A stretch of DNA of 63,966 nucleotides, filler included, from Octopus bimaculoides (GCF_001194135.2; 6 parts of 6 records of this genome joined end to end with filler, not necessarily neighbours in it); one strand, 5' to 3'; shown: positions 11,726 through 24,210, numbered from the whole stretch's first letter. Notes: a model not told the origin generated them from the letters alone. Numbers and translations: made by a program.

Positions 11726-14700
11726 TGTATATAGCAAATTTTTTATGTGCATATTACATATAGATATGTATATGTGTGTTGCTGTGAGTGTGTATATGTA
11801 TTTATGTACACATATAGGCTACCATAAACATTTCTGAAAACTACACAAAATGATGTATTCAGTAGGAATGAGATTATTTAATTTATACACCTGAACAACT
11901 TTCATGTTCATCAAGGACTGACGATGGAATGTAATTATGTTTGGCTTTATATTGTCAAATTTCCTCCTGAAGAAGTGCTTAATACTGCTACCGAGAAGGG
12001 TTTTAAATTTATATTATGTGCGACAAAAGAAATTTTGTTATAGAAAATACTGGTAAAATAAAGATAAGATAACATGAAATTCTGACCCCATAAAAATGTC
12101 AAGCTAAGATATTTTAGAACCATAAGTGTATTGTAAGCTGACGTAGGGAAACCATAAATATATTATAGCCAGAACAACTTTTGCGCCGATATCCGTTTAC
12201 AAAATATTTAATACTCATATAAAATAAGTTCGGAATCTCTTTTGTTTTGTAAATGGCAAGATTAACCTATAAACTTCAGCAGCAATAATGATGATGCTTA
12301 TCATAACGTATTCGTTTGTAACACATTTTTCTTTATGCTCACCATAATATTCTTAAATTAGGTAAAGATATCATTGATATCTCTATTCGATCAGAAACAG
12401 AAAATAGTAATAATATGATTATATTCTTTATATTATAAATTATGTACCATAGACTACATAAATTTGGCACATTTTCTTTTTTTTCTGTTAATGTTCTATT
12501 GGTATTGGTTTTAATACGTTGAACAATAACTTATATACTACTAATTAGGCTAGAACAAGCACCTCACATTAACTAGACATTAAATAATAAATTAAAGATG
12601 AAAAATTCTTTGATATATGGTTTTACGTTCACTGCAAGTGTATTAATTTTGCATATGTATATAGTGATATCTCACTACAGTGAGTTGCAATTCACCACAG
12701 TTTAACCTGTGGGAATACATTTATAAAGATACTTGAGTTGTTGAATAAAGCTGACACATTTTCTTCAGCACTTTCCCTATCATCTTTAACATTAGAAATA
12801 TATATTGAAAATCATAAATCTTCAAGTAGATCTCATTAAAACACATTGTCTTTGATTACAAAGGCTAACGTAATTCTTTATTCTATCAGTTATCACCGTA
12901 ATTCTGCTCTCCAGAGTTCGTAAAATTCAACAACAAAGATCTTTACTGCCAAAACAATTCGGAAATTCTTTAGCTCTGTGATAATCAGGCCTAAGCACTT
13001 TCCATATATCTATTAATTTACTGAATCTATGTGTACATCACAATAATCTACCTAGTCTACTGTATTAAATATGTTGATATTGATTGTGAGTTACTTTTAA
13101 TAATGCGTAACAGCTTTTCAGATTCAAACGTACAATTTAATTTTGTCAGTCTGCAGACACAAAATGGCTTCCTTTAACCACTACCAAAGGAAACGTGCTA
13201 TAACTAAATATTGACAACTTCATTTAACTTTGTATCCCTAGGTCGGAATATTTTACAGTGGGTGTTGAATATTTTTTTCTAACTTGATGGAATAGTTCCT
13301 GTCAATATAACTCATAAAAATACGTTCAATTGTAACATTTGATCTTTATGTTTATTTATGTAGATCTGGAAGTGTCGTAGATGGCTGAATCTTGGACAGG
13401 CCGAACTACAAACTAAATAGTGAAAAATTTATATCTTTGGACATTTCCTGGATAAATCCACCTACATGAAATATATGCCATTGCATGGTATTGAGTTTAT
13501 AATACATGGTGTCTATTAATGGCAGTCACTGAATCTGCTAGAAAAAGCCTGCAAATACCCCTCTAATTATACTGAATAGAAAATGGTATACTTGATAACA
13601 TAGTTGCAAGTGCACTGTGATTTGAAAGCAGACAGAATAACCATGGATATAAGGCCTCTAATCATAAGCCAACTTGGCAGGGGTTTATTTAGGGTGGACT
13701 GTAAAAAACATGTCAGTGCCGTTATCATTAGAGACACTGTGATTAATAGAATAGGTTTCTTACTCAGATCACTTAGAAGGTAACTGAAACTCATTCTATG
13801 TTTTGTACACAGAAAATTATGTGATGGTTAGTCTTGCGGTTCATACAGATCAACAAGTAAGACAGGTCTGTGTTAGAGATGTTGTTTTCTTTGAATAAAG
13901 TATTGAGTATTTGAGATTCCATATTTGCAGGCCATTTATTCATATTTAAATATTTTCCAACGAAAAGTCCGCTAGAAAATGTTTGTAGTAAAACATATCA
14001 GCTAAGCATATTGTATAGAGTTGATGGTGGAGGTGAATGTATGAATATGATATAATATCAAGATCTTAGACATTGACCAGGCCCATCTTGCGTGCATATG
14101 CTGCTAGCTAAACCTAGATCTATTGGTCTATAGAAATATGCGGATCAGTGGTAAGAACATGTTAGACTTATCACATATCACTCTTTACAATTCATCCCTA
14201 CATTTCAGAACGGGAAGTATTGGCTTCAGATAAACAAGGGCGTGTAATATCTAGAAAATCTCTTTGATGTACCGAGTTGCTCTGTCGACTTCTGACATGT
14301 CATATAACAGAACTGTNNNNNNNNNNAACAGGGACGACGATGAAGACAAAGACAACAAGAACAGCAGCAGCAGCAGTGAAAGATTCCTCAATGTTATTGC
14401 GCATTTGAGACAGAGATGTACGGTGATTTATTTCGATTTACATCTGGAATTATCGCACTCTCGGAAGTTTACTGCCAAGTCAATGCCATACAGATTAAAA
14501 GAAACGAGTAACCAACTTCTTGATGGATGTCCATAATCTTATCTACTTAATAAAGTACGAGCTCCATACACATTATTGAAACATGCACCAACTTGTACCA
14601 TAAAGAAAAAATGGATTATCATGAATTCTGAAATATTAACATTTTTCATTTCGTAGTTGAAGAAAATTTCAGAAATGAAAGAAAGACTAGAAGAGATTAG

Positions 14701-15427
14701 TAGCAGAAATTTAATATTTAACTCAACGGTTTATAATGAAAATATAGTATAAATGAATGCTTTCCATTATTTTATACACACATTAATCATTGTCATTCGA
14801 ACACCCTCTTTTTCGAATATTGTACATAAGTGTAAAATAAGCTGGTACAACTCATTCAGTATTGACTGCTAGTAACAACATAACTTATTACTTATAGAGT
14901 CTTGTTTCTGCTTATAACTGCATTTATCACACGGTACCGTGTCTCGTTACTGCTAAATTGAATAAACGAAATGAACTAAATAAATTACGACTGACGGTGT
15001 TGAAATTTTTGACAAGTCCTACTGATTCACTTATTGTTGATCTATTTGCCCTTTAATTATTGAAGATTATAAATTTTATAATCTACATTACGTGTGTCTT
15101 AACCATTTCTAAAGATTACTTTTGAAAAACACTGTCCGTTGATTCTATAAAGGAAAATAACCACTTGCTTCATCGTTGTCAGTATATAGGAGGACATTTT
15201 AGTGTAGCACAATATGACACAGTCAGATATGTGTTACAAAGTTATTCTAACAGAAATATGTTTCTGAATATATAAATTTAATTAAAACTGAACGGTTCTA
15301 ACACAAAGGAATTTTGGAGATAAGTTGTTTAAGAAGAGGAAATCTTTTTTTAAAGTATTAAGTGGTATTTCCTAGTTTTTCCTAGGTCGTATGTGTGTGT
15401 GTGTGTGTGTGTGTGTGNNNNNNNNNN

Positions 15428-15489
<62 letters not shown>

Positions 15490-15494
<5 letters not shown>

Positions 15495-16339
15495 GCAGTG
15501 TGTTTGAGTTAAATTTGACGATTGGTTATGTCTCCTTATTGGTGAACTGTGAACGGCGTTGGAGAACATGACAATTAAAGGCGTAATTGAGAAAAGTTAG
15601 CTGTTATGGAGGACTGGAAGCCATCAGGATATTGGAAAAGAGTTATTTGTATCACAATGATTTTATACCAGACTTCTAAATGCCGACGCTCTGTGAACTG
15701 TATAAAGTTTGTAAGACGTGACATGGAGAGCTGTGGGTAGCAGTAAGGAACTCAGCAAACGTTCTGACTGCATCTTCACGCTGGAATTCCGCGCCACATC
15801 TTTGAACATGTCCTTAGACTTTATTCAGACGGCTATGTGAAGCTGCTGGAGATTTATGTCAGTCCTTGGCTGGAAAGAGTTGCTATTGTGAAGGTAGCAG
15901 GATTTGATTCCTTGCCATACCTCTGGAAACATATGACAAGGAAGCACTTATCGGAGAGTTTCTATGACGTCTCCCGCCCCAATTTCATGCCTCCTAATTA
16001 TCCCGAGTGTAATCTCATGAATTACGATGTTTTCCCACATACGTTTGAGTAAAACACCAGCTTGTCGGCCTGCAACTCCAAACCCGAGCTGGTGGTCAAT
16101 GTCAAGGAGGTGTTCTCAAGAACACAGTGAGAAACGCATGTGCAAGTATTCAGAGCCGTCTTGATGCTATAGAAGCTCAGAACGACTAGTTTGATTGAAC
16201 GGTTATTTTTCAGCCATGACATACATGGGATATACTTTTTAAATATTTTTTTGAATTTTCAGGATACATTAATTTTCTTTGAGTGCGCATTCTGTTTTAT
16301 TTCTTTCTACGGAAACTGAAATTTAGCCCGAAAACCCTG
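15490..16339 (+). mobile_element. Tc1/mariner-superfamily transposon relic (transposase C-terminal half plus right TIR)
   Basis: Translation gives LRLYSDGYVKLLE..VSPWLERVA, LSESFYD..PNFMPPNYPECNLMNY (decayed WPPNSPDxNPxD motif) and VRNACASIQSRLDAI. The right end is ...aaaaccctg followed by TA (TIR starting CAGGGT, TA target site). Stops and frameshifts are present; the left TIR is not seen. Confidence 0.85.
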
Positions 16340-16381
16340 TATATAGATATATACATATCTATCTATCTATCTATCTATCTC

Positions 16382-16427
<46 letters not shown>

Positions 16428-16659
16428 NNNNNNNNNNNNNNNNNNNNNNNNNNNNNNNNNNNNNNNNNNNNNNNNNNNNNNNNNNNNNNNNNNNNNNNNN
16501 NNNNNNNNNNNNNNNNNNNNNNNNNNNNNNNNNNNNNNNNNNNNNNNNNNNNNNNNNNNNNNNNNNNNNNNNNNNNNNNNNNNNNNNNNNNNNNNNNNNN
16601 NNNNNNNNNNNNNNNNNNNNNNNNNNNNNNNNNNNNNNNNNNNNNNNNNNNNNNNNNNN

Positions 16660-16703
<44 letters not shown>

Positions 16704-16727
16704 CTCTCTCTCTCTATATATATATAC

Positions 16728-16761
<34 letters not shown>

Positions 16762-17084
16762 ATGTGTGTGTGTGTGTGTATAAAACGATGACGCTACCTT
16801 TACAATACAGAATCAACTTCTTTTTCAATTTGTCTAGCTCTAAAATGATTCGCATTCACACATTTAAAGTAAGACGACAAATAATTATTTACTGTATTCA
16901 CATTTTACACAGTAGACAAAGGTTTCGATTATTCCAAGGTGACCTATATCCTTAAACTAAAGATCAATATTGATTTAAGAAGCTTAAAAGTCTCTCTGAC
17001 AAAAATTAAATCGATTTCCATACTCTTAATATAATCCTTTATTTCTTAAGAATGAAGAGATAAAGTGGAAACAATGGCAGCAGA

Positions 17085-17111
17085 AAGAAGAACAACAACT
17101 GCAGCAACAGC

Positions 17112-17163
<52 letters not shown>

Positions 17164-17175
17164 GTAACAGCAACT
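17085..17175. repeat. (CAA/CAG)n microsatellite
   Basis: Trinucleotide run. Confidence 0.95.
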
Positions 17176-18253
17176 GCAATTGCCGTTATTTTTGTATATT
17201 TTTTAACATTTATATCTTTTCCGATTATATATAGTATTATATTGTTTATTTTTCTCATACGTCATGGTTTATATCAGCGGAATGATTCTTTAAGCCAAAT
17301 GTTTGATAAGAAATTCCAATTCCAGTTAGCAATCATTCATTATAGTTAGAAAACATTTCCCCATCTTCCAATAAACGTATTACTATTGATGGCTTAAGCG
17401 GCAACTTCGTTGACGTGTATATAACTGTCTTTGCTGCAGCGTTATTGGAATTATGGGGTTACAAGATGGTAGTGCAGAGTAGTTTTCTCTTTTTTATTTC
17501 ATAACAATTTGATATGAGCTTAAAGCTGGATTCAAACTAATTTATCTTTCCAGTGTTTATCAAATAGACTGTAATAAAGGCAGAATAGCAATGAGGAAAG
17601 GTTTCCATTTGATAGAAATAAAAAAAAAAGATCGTTGTTTTCTTTTCCGGACGAATACAGTAAAGTGTCGTAATCAGTTGTATCAAAATACTCAACCGGA
17701 ATGCCAGTAGTCTGGGACATCAGAGACGTAATTATTACATCACTTGAGAACATTTGAAAACGAAGATTATAGAAGATCTGTTAGAACACCCAGGATGCAA
17801 TTGTGCCGTTTTGTAAGACCTTCTTAGCAGATGGATGTGAAAATAATGTAAGGAAAACTAGATATGCACTCTGCTTCATTAGATGAAGAATGTGCAATGT
17901 TCGTATCTACGTTGAAAAATAGGCTTAGCATTTTGTACTCCTCTAACATACAACAGGACTCCGTAGTTAAACGTACTATCTGACCCGAACCTCCAAAATT
18001 GCAAGAAATATATCACTAAATAAAATGTTTTCGTTGGGAAATAATATGAAAGAAATAATATACCACAGGTGACAATGGCATATTAGGAAGATTAAAAATG
18101 TTCGTTATAAGCTACTCTAATTCTAATCTAAATCATTTTGTTAGTTTTTGCAAACTGGTATACCAAAACCAGTTACGCTGAGATTTGTATTCGGTGAGAG
18201 ATATACATTAAGGAATATTTTTTTTATTATCATTATTTGTAAAGAAGTAATAA

Positions 18254-18455
18254 TCATTTCTATTATAAGTACAAGGATTGGAACTTTAGGAGCAGGGGCT
18301 AGTTGAATACATCGACACCAGTGCTCAACTAGTGTTTATTTCGTCGATTTTTAAACCGAGGTCGACCTCGAAGGAACCTAAACTCAGGACATAAACATGG
18401 ACGAAATACCGCTAAACCTTTTGCCCGACGTGCCTAACGAGTCTGCCAGCTCACC
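18254..18455 (-). mobile_element. tRNA-headed SINE, family S1
   Basis: Reverse complement of the S1 blocks (ggtgagctggcaga, gcggtatttcgt, gaggtcgac). Confidence 0.8.
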
Positions 18456-18547
18456 AACTGGAAATGTATCGTAATACGAATAATGTAATATATGTCCGAG
18501 TTAACTCATGAGTTACAGGTTGCGTATATGATAGTAATATTATTTCC

Positions 18548-18752
18548 TCTAAGGCGGCGATCTGGCAGAATCGGAAGCACGCCGGACGAAATGTTTAACA
18601 GCATTTTGTCCGTCTTTGCGTTCTGAGTCAAATTCCGCTTTATGTTTGGGGTGGGGTCGATAAAATCAGTACAAACGGAGCAGTGGTCTCGATGTAGTCG
18701 ATTATTCCATACCCCAAAATTCCAGGCTTTGTGCCTTTAATAGAAAGGATTA
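18548..18752 (+). mobile_element. tRNA-headed SINE, family S1
   Basis: taaggcggcgatctggcagaatcg...ctgagtcaaattccgc...ggggtcgataaa...ggctttgtgcctttaatagaaaggattat. Confidence 0.85.
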
Positions 18753-21700
18753 TCTTCTATGTACAAGAAATTTATCTACATATTAGAGTGTCATTCATGA
18801 AAAACGAAACGTAAATCTATAAATTTAAGTCACCCGTTGACCCACGGTGCCTAAGAATATTTTCAGAATTAGTTTTAAGATATTTTGTTCGCTTTAATAA
18901 AATAAACACATATAGCGAGATGCTTTTCTTTTCAACAGACATTAGGCAGATAATTGAATGTTATACTAGCGGATTACCACACGTGAATCATATGATAAAA
19001 TATCAGGACAGATATTCTACCACTTTATTGTTAACAGCTTTAAATCTGACATAGATGGCAAAGGGTAAAAATAGTTTCATACATGTATTCGCCTAAAGTT
19101 ATTCATTTGTTCCCTTTATATTTATATACAATAGTAGATGACTCATTGAAACTTTTCCTTCGCATAAGAGAATAAAGATTAATATTTTGTTGCTATAGTT
19201 GAAAAGTTTGCCTTAAGCAAAAATTTCAAATAATGAAGTTATGTTAAACATAGCGCCAATTTCATTTCTGCGCAATGTTTTGTGAATCGCATTTACCACC
19301 TTCTACAATACTTAGCACCACATGTAATCTGAGATTAATAAAACTCATATTTAATGCATATAATCTATTTCAGCTGTCCATAATACATTTTATATTCAAA
19401 TTATGCTTTGAAAGATGATGTTTGCGCTCATGTAATCCTCACTGTTCTATACACTTTTTTTAATATATAACTATAATATTTCAATTCTAGTCCAAAGTCA
19501 CACCTTCTCGATAAGTTACCTTCACTTGTTGCTGGGGCCCCTCAACACCCCCGGTTTTTCTCTTAGGATTACAGATCATATGAGTTTTCTTCTAAATTCA
19601 CGGCTTCTATGAAAATCTATTTTCGGGCTTCTCATCATTGTCAGTTCGATGGATTTTTGTTTAAGCTATGCTGCAGTATATAAACACTACGTTCTCATCA
19701 AGATAGGGTCTATATTGGGTCACTGTCGATTTCAAGTGCTGCTGCTGATGTCTCATTTCATTTTCAAACCGAGCCTCTTGACTCTCTATCTCCCTAGCTA
19801 CATATATACACAGTCTCACGTCCCGAAATACTCCCTGTAACTTAACCTGGTCATTATCTGAGAGGATTTCCCATACAGTACTAACCACTGTTCATGTAAA
19901 GTGTTTTCAAGTGAGGCCTCACTATCCATCGCCATCATAACTCCCCGTTTCTCAATAAGTTCTTTGATATAATCTATTCCTGCAGGCACAAATTTTATTC
20001 CACTTCTGTCCATTACGCAAGGTCTCTATAAACTTCCCTATTTATGATTAAGCCCAGAGTTGTCACTTCGTTATGCTGACTGCATATTCTTTCTCTCTCT
20101 CTTTCTCCCTCTCCCTTTCTCTCTCTCTTTCTCCCCCTCCCTTCTCTCTCTCTCTCTCGTTCTCTCTCTCTTCCCCTTCTTGAAACTTTCTTTCTATCTC
20201 AATTATTCCTCTTTGTTACTCCATCCTTATTCCTTGAATTCTTTCCTTGCCTCTTCCTGTCATTCTCTATGACCAACTACCTTCCCTAATTGATCTAAGT
20301 TCTTCTTCTTTCTACTTTCCTCGTATCTCTGTCCCTATTTCACAAGCGCTCTTTCTCCGTTACTCCCAACCCATCCTTTTATTTCATTGCTTCTCTATTT
20401 TTGTCCTTTTCTATTGGCTTAAATTCTGCTTAGCGACACACCCGACCACCATTGGCGTCTCTTTTTCCCCCATACGGACATTAATTTACACTCTTCCCGT
20501 CCCTTTGGATCGTCTCTTCCATTTCTATTCACTCCAAGTATTACTGATTTTTCTACTAGCCTTATGGCTATATCTCTATGCGACCATTTTCTGGTTACAT
20601 ATCTCTGACTTTTTGCATTATGAACATTACCATTGATATGAAAGCCCGAGCCTCCAGAAATCGGTGTCGAGTTAAAAAAATATGCATTCTCCACTTAGTA
20701 TTCTCTACTTTTTATGCTCCATGTAAATATATTTACATGCTTGTACATATGCGTTTATCTTCTGAATACGTTTAGTTATATGTATCTCTCTCTTTCTCTA
20801 TCTCGCTCCTCCCCCCCTCTCTCTCTCTCTCTCTCTCTGTATATATATATATATATATATATAATACAAAGAATATATATACATGTATACACACATATAT
20901 GTACATACTTACATCTACATGTGTATATACATGCATATCAGGGTACAGGACGTTAGAACAATAAACTACAGACAACGGAACGAACACATAGGAAGACGGA
21001 AAGCCACTTGGAATATCCCTTCATCAGCTGTCTCTNNNNNNNNNNNNNNNNNNNNNNNNNNNNNNNNNNNNNNNNNNNNNNNNNNNNNNNNNNNNNNNNN
21101 NNNNNNNNNNNNNNNNNNNNNNNNNNNNNNNNNNNNNNNNNNNNNNNNNNNNNNNNNNNNNNNNNNNNNNNNNNNNNNNNNNNNNNNNNNNNNNNNNNNN
21201 NNNNNNNNNNNNNNNNNNNNNNNNNNNNNNNNNNNNNNNNNNNNNNNNNNNNNNNNNNNNNNNNNNNNNNNNNNNNNNNNNNNNNNNNNNNNNNNNNNNN
21301 NNNNNNNNNNNNNNNNNNNNNNNNNNNNNNNNNNNNNNNNNNNNNNNNNNNNNNNNNNNNNNNNNNNNNNNNNNNNNNNNNNNNNNNNNNNNNNNNNNNN
21401 NNNNNNNNNNNNNNNNNNNNNNNNNNNNNNNNNNNNNNNNNNNNNNNNNNNNNNNNNNNNNNNNNNNNNNNNNNNNNNNNNNNNNNNNNNNNNNNNNNNN
21501 NNNNNNNNNNNNNNNNNNNNNNNNNNNNNNNNNNNNNNNNNNNNNNNNNNNNNNNNNNNNNNNNNNNNNNNNNNNNNNNNNNNNNNNNNNNNNNNNNNNN
21601 NNNNNNNNNNNNNNNNNNNNNNNNNNNNNNNNNNNNNNNNNNNNNNNNNNNNNNNNNNNNNNNNNNNNNNNNNNNNNNNNNNNNNNNNNNNNNNNNNNNN

Positions 21701-21770
21701 NNNNNNNNNNNNNNNNNNNNNNNNNNNNNNNNNNNNNNNNNNNNNNNNNNNNNNNNNNNNNNNNNNNNNN

Positions 21771-21816
<46 letters not shown>

Positions 21817-21999
21817 AGCCTAATTGTGTTTATCTGCATCACTAACTCCATATCAGCTAAATTGGATTTCTCTTATAGCCACTTTTTACGGCCTGTAGCA
21901 AGCCCTCGGAGTCCAAACCATTTTGGCACTACTACGTGATTTCTATACTGAGCATTTCTAGCTCATATGCGTTGATTGTATATATATATATACATAAAA

Positions 22000-22320
22000 G
22001 AGTAAAGGGTAAAGACCCCCTTCGGTCATGAATGACCGTAGGATGGCACCGAGAGGGTCACCCCCTGAGGTACAAGTCCCGGCAAGGTTGTTTATGGAAA
22101 ACCAGCAGTCACCCATGCATATCAGCCACCACTCTCCACGTCACCGCTGTTATTCAAGGGAAATAGCAAATCCTGATAGAGCATAGCACCAATAACGTTC
22201 CAACTCATTTCTACAACTGGGTGAACTGGGGCAACGCGAAATAAAGTCTCTTGCTCAAGAACACAGCACACAGCCCAATCCGGGAATCGAACTCACTACC
22301 TAATGATTGTGAGCCCGGTG
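22000..22320 (-). mobile_element. tRNA-headed SINE
   Basis: Minus strand has B box gagttcgattccc followed by tgtgttcttgagcaagagactttatttcgcgttgccccagttcacccag. Confidence 0.75.
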
Positions 22321-22770
22321 TTTGTCTGTCTGTAATATATATATNNNNNNNNNNNNNNNNNNNNNNNNNNNNNNNNNNNNNNNNNNNNNNNNNNNNNNNN
22401 NNNNNNNNNNNNNNNNNNNNNNNNNNNNNNNNNNNNNNNNNNNNNNNNNNNNNNNNNNNNNNNNNNNNNNNNNNNNNNNNNNNNNNNNNNNNNNNNNNNN
22501 NNNNNNNNNNNNNNNNNNNNNNNNNNNNNNNNNNNNNNNNNNNNNNNNNNNNNNNNNNNNNNNNNNNNNNNNNNNNNNNNNNNNNNNNNNNNNNNNNNNN
22601 NNNNNNNNNNNNNNNNNNNNNNNNNNNNNNNNNNNNNNNNNNNNNNNNNNNNNNNNNNNNNNNNNNNNNNNNNNNNNNNNNNNNNNNNNNNNNNNNNNNN
22701 NNNNNNNNNNNNNNNNNNNNNNNNNNNNNNNNNNNNNATATATATATATATATACATATATATAATTTAG

Positions 22771-23018
22771 ATTCAAGATAAATATGGTACTTAAGTTTAA
22801 GCACCAGAATTAAGTATGGTATTATCCATACAATGCCAAAATAAGGTGATTAAAATCAAAATAAGCAACAAGGATATTGAAAGTTAATGCAGTACGATCG
22901 TTTCATGTGACTCGATTTATTTAAGCAATGTTAACATTACATCAAATGTAAAATGCAGGGCAATCCTCAGTCGCATGAAACGATCGTACTGCATTAACTT
23001 TGCATATCCTTATTGCTT
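22771..23018. repeat. Dispersed repeat family (copies at 40325-40622 and 62911-63228); this copy has a 50-bp foldback
   Basis: All three copies share atatgg(t/c)acttaag..gcaccagaatt.agtatggta.tatccatacaat. Arms 22863-22912 and 22969-23018 are near-perfect reverse complements. Confidence 0.85.
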
Positions 23019-23081
23019 ATTTTGATTATATATATGTATATAAATATATATGTCTCTGTGACTCTGTGTGTGTGTCTCTCT

Positions 23082-23128
<47 letters not shown>

Positions 23129-23258
23129 CACACCCAAACACCAAACACCAGTTGTTTGTTCGACTTGCATACAAATCACCTTGGATATCACAATCCTCCT
23201 AAATCGATGTTGTTAAGAAAGGGAATGAAACTATTGTTCGTAAATACATTAGTTTATG

Positions 23259-23428
23259 CAGTTCTATATTTAAAAGATGAGGAATTCAGTGTATTATTGA
23301 TATTTGATAGATATTTGTCCTCCTCTTATTTGTTGTTACACAATGTTTCTGCTGATATACCCTCCAGCCTTCATGAGGTGTCTTGAGGAAATTTCGAACC
23401 TTGTTCTCATTCCAAAGGTATTTTTCGA

Positions 23429-23476
<48 letters not shown>

Positions 23477-23718
23477 CATTATTATTATTATTGTTGTTGT
23501 TGTTGTTGTTCTTATTATTTAGGTCACTGAATAATGCTAATACTCTCTTCGTATCTTTCTCCCTATTTCTACTCGTGATCTTGGGGTTAGTAGTCCAATA
23601 AAAACTCCAAGATCCAGAGTAGAAATAGGGAGAAAGATACGAGGAGAGTATTATTATTATTATACTCGGGATCTTAGTGTTACTAGCCTGCGCTCTTAAA
23701 CCACTAAGGCATATGCTC
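23259..23718 (-). mobile_element. tRNA-head + (TAA)n + hammerhead element, copy A (degenerate, with internal foldback insertion)
   Basis: Colinear with copy B. Decayed tRNA-like head at 23664-23718, expanded TAA linker at 23431-23520, decayed hammerhead core at about 23337-23384. Confidence 0.75.
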
Positions 23719-23802
23719 GAAAAATATCTAAGAAATGAGAACCCGGGTTCGAAATTTCACCAAGACACCTGACGAAAGGCTGGAGGGTATATCAGCCGAA
23801 AC
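23719..23802 (+). mobile_element. Inverted partial arm of the same element, ending in a truncated hammerhead (CTGACGA...GAAAC)
   Basis: gaaaaata..gagaacccgggttcgaaatttcaccaagacacCTGACGAaaGGCTGgagggtatatCAGCCGAAAC. Confidence 0.8.
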
Positions 23803-24068
23803 AGTTCTATATTTAAGGCATGAGGAATTATGTACATTATTGACATTTGATAGATATTTGTCCTCCTCTTATTTGTTGTTACACGACGTTTCAGCTGATA
23901 TACCCTCCAGCTTTCATCAAGTGTCTTGGAGAAATTTCGAACCTTGGTTCTAATTCCAAAGGTATTTTCGATGTTATCATTATAATTATTATTCAGGTCA
24001 CTGCCTGGAATCGAACTCGGGATCTTGGGGTTTGTAGCCCGCGCTCTTAACCGCTACGCCATATGCCC
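23803..24068 (-). mobile_element. tRNA-head + (TAA)n + hammerhead element, copy B
   Basis: A box TGGCGTAGCGG (24051-24061) and B box GTTCGATTC (24008-24016) on the minus strand, then a short TAA linker. The hammerhead reads ACAC-TTGATGA-A-AGCTG/CAGCT-GAAAC-GTC-GTGT (about 23879-23927). Confidence 0.82.
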
Positions 24069-24210
24069 GAAAAATACCTGAGAAATGAGAACCCAGGTTC
24101 AAAATTTCACCAAGACACCTGATGAAGGCTGGAGGGTATATCAGCCGAAACGCTGTGTAACAACAAACAAGATGTGGACAAATATCCGTCAAATGTAAAT
24201 AATGTAAACA
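24069..24210 (+). mobile_element. Inverted arm of the same element carrying a hammerhead
   Basis: Reverse-complement similar to 23826-23970. Confidence 0.8.
24115..24158 (+). ncRNA. Minimal type I hammerhead ribozyme motif (cleavage triplet mutated to GCU)
   Basis: Stem I ACAC/GTGT, core CTGATGA (24119-24125), stem II GGCTG/CAGCC, GAAAC (24147-24151). Confidence 0.8.

Noticed and set aside
17532-17753. Protein-like minus ORF DVIITSLMSQTTGIPVEYFDTTDYDTLLYSSG
   Set aside because: No donor site or recognisable family; it cannot be linked to other exons.
21010-21035. gacagCTGATGAaggg on the minus strand, a possible hammerhead half
   Set aside because: No GAAAC or closing stem is visible, and a gap removes the adjacent sequence.
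23996-24068. Possible real tRNA gene
   Set aside because: The acceptor stem does not pair, the anticodon differs between copies, and it is embedded in a repeat. Treated as a SINE head.
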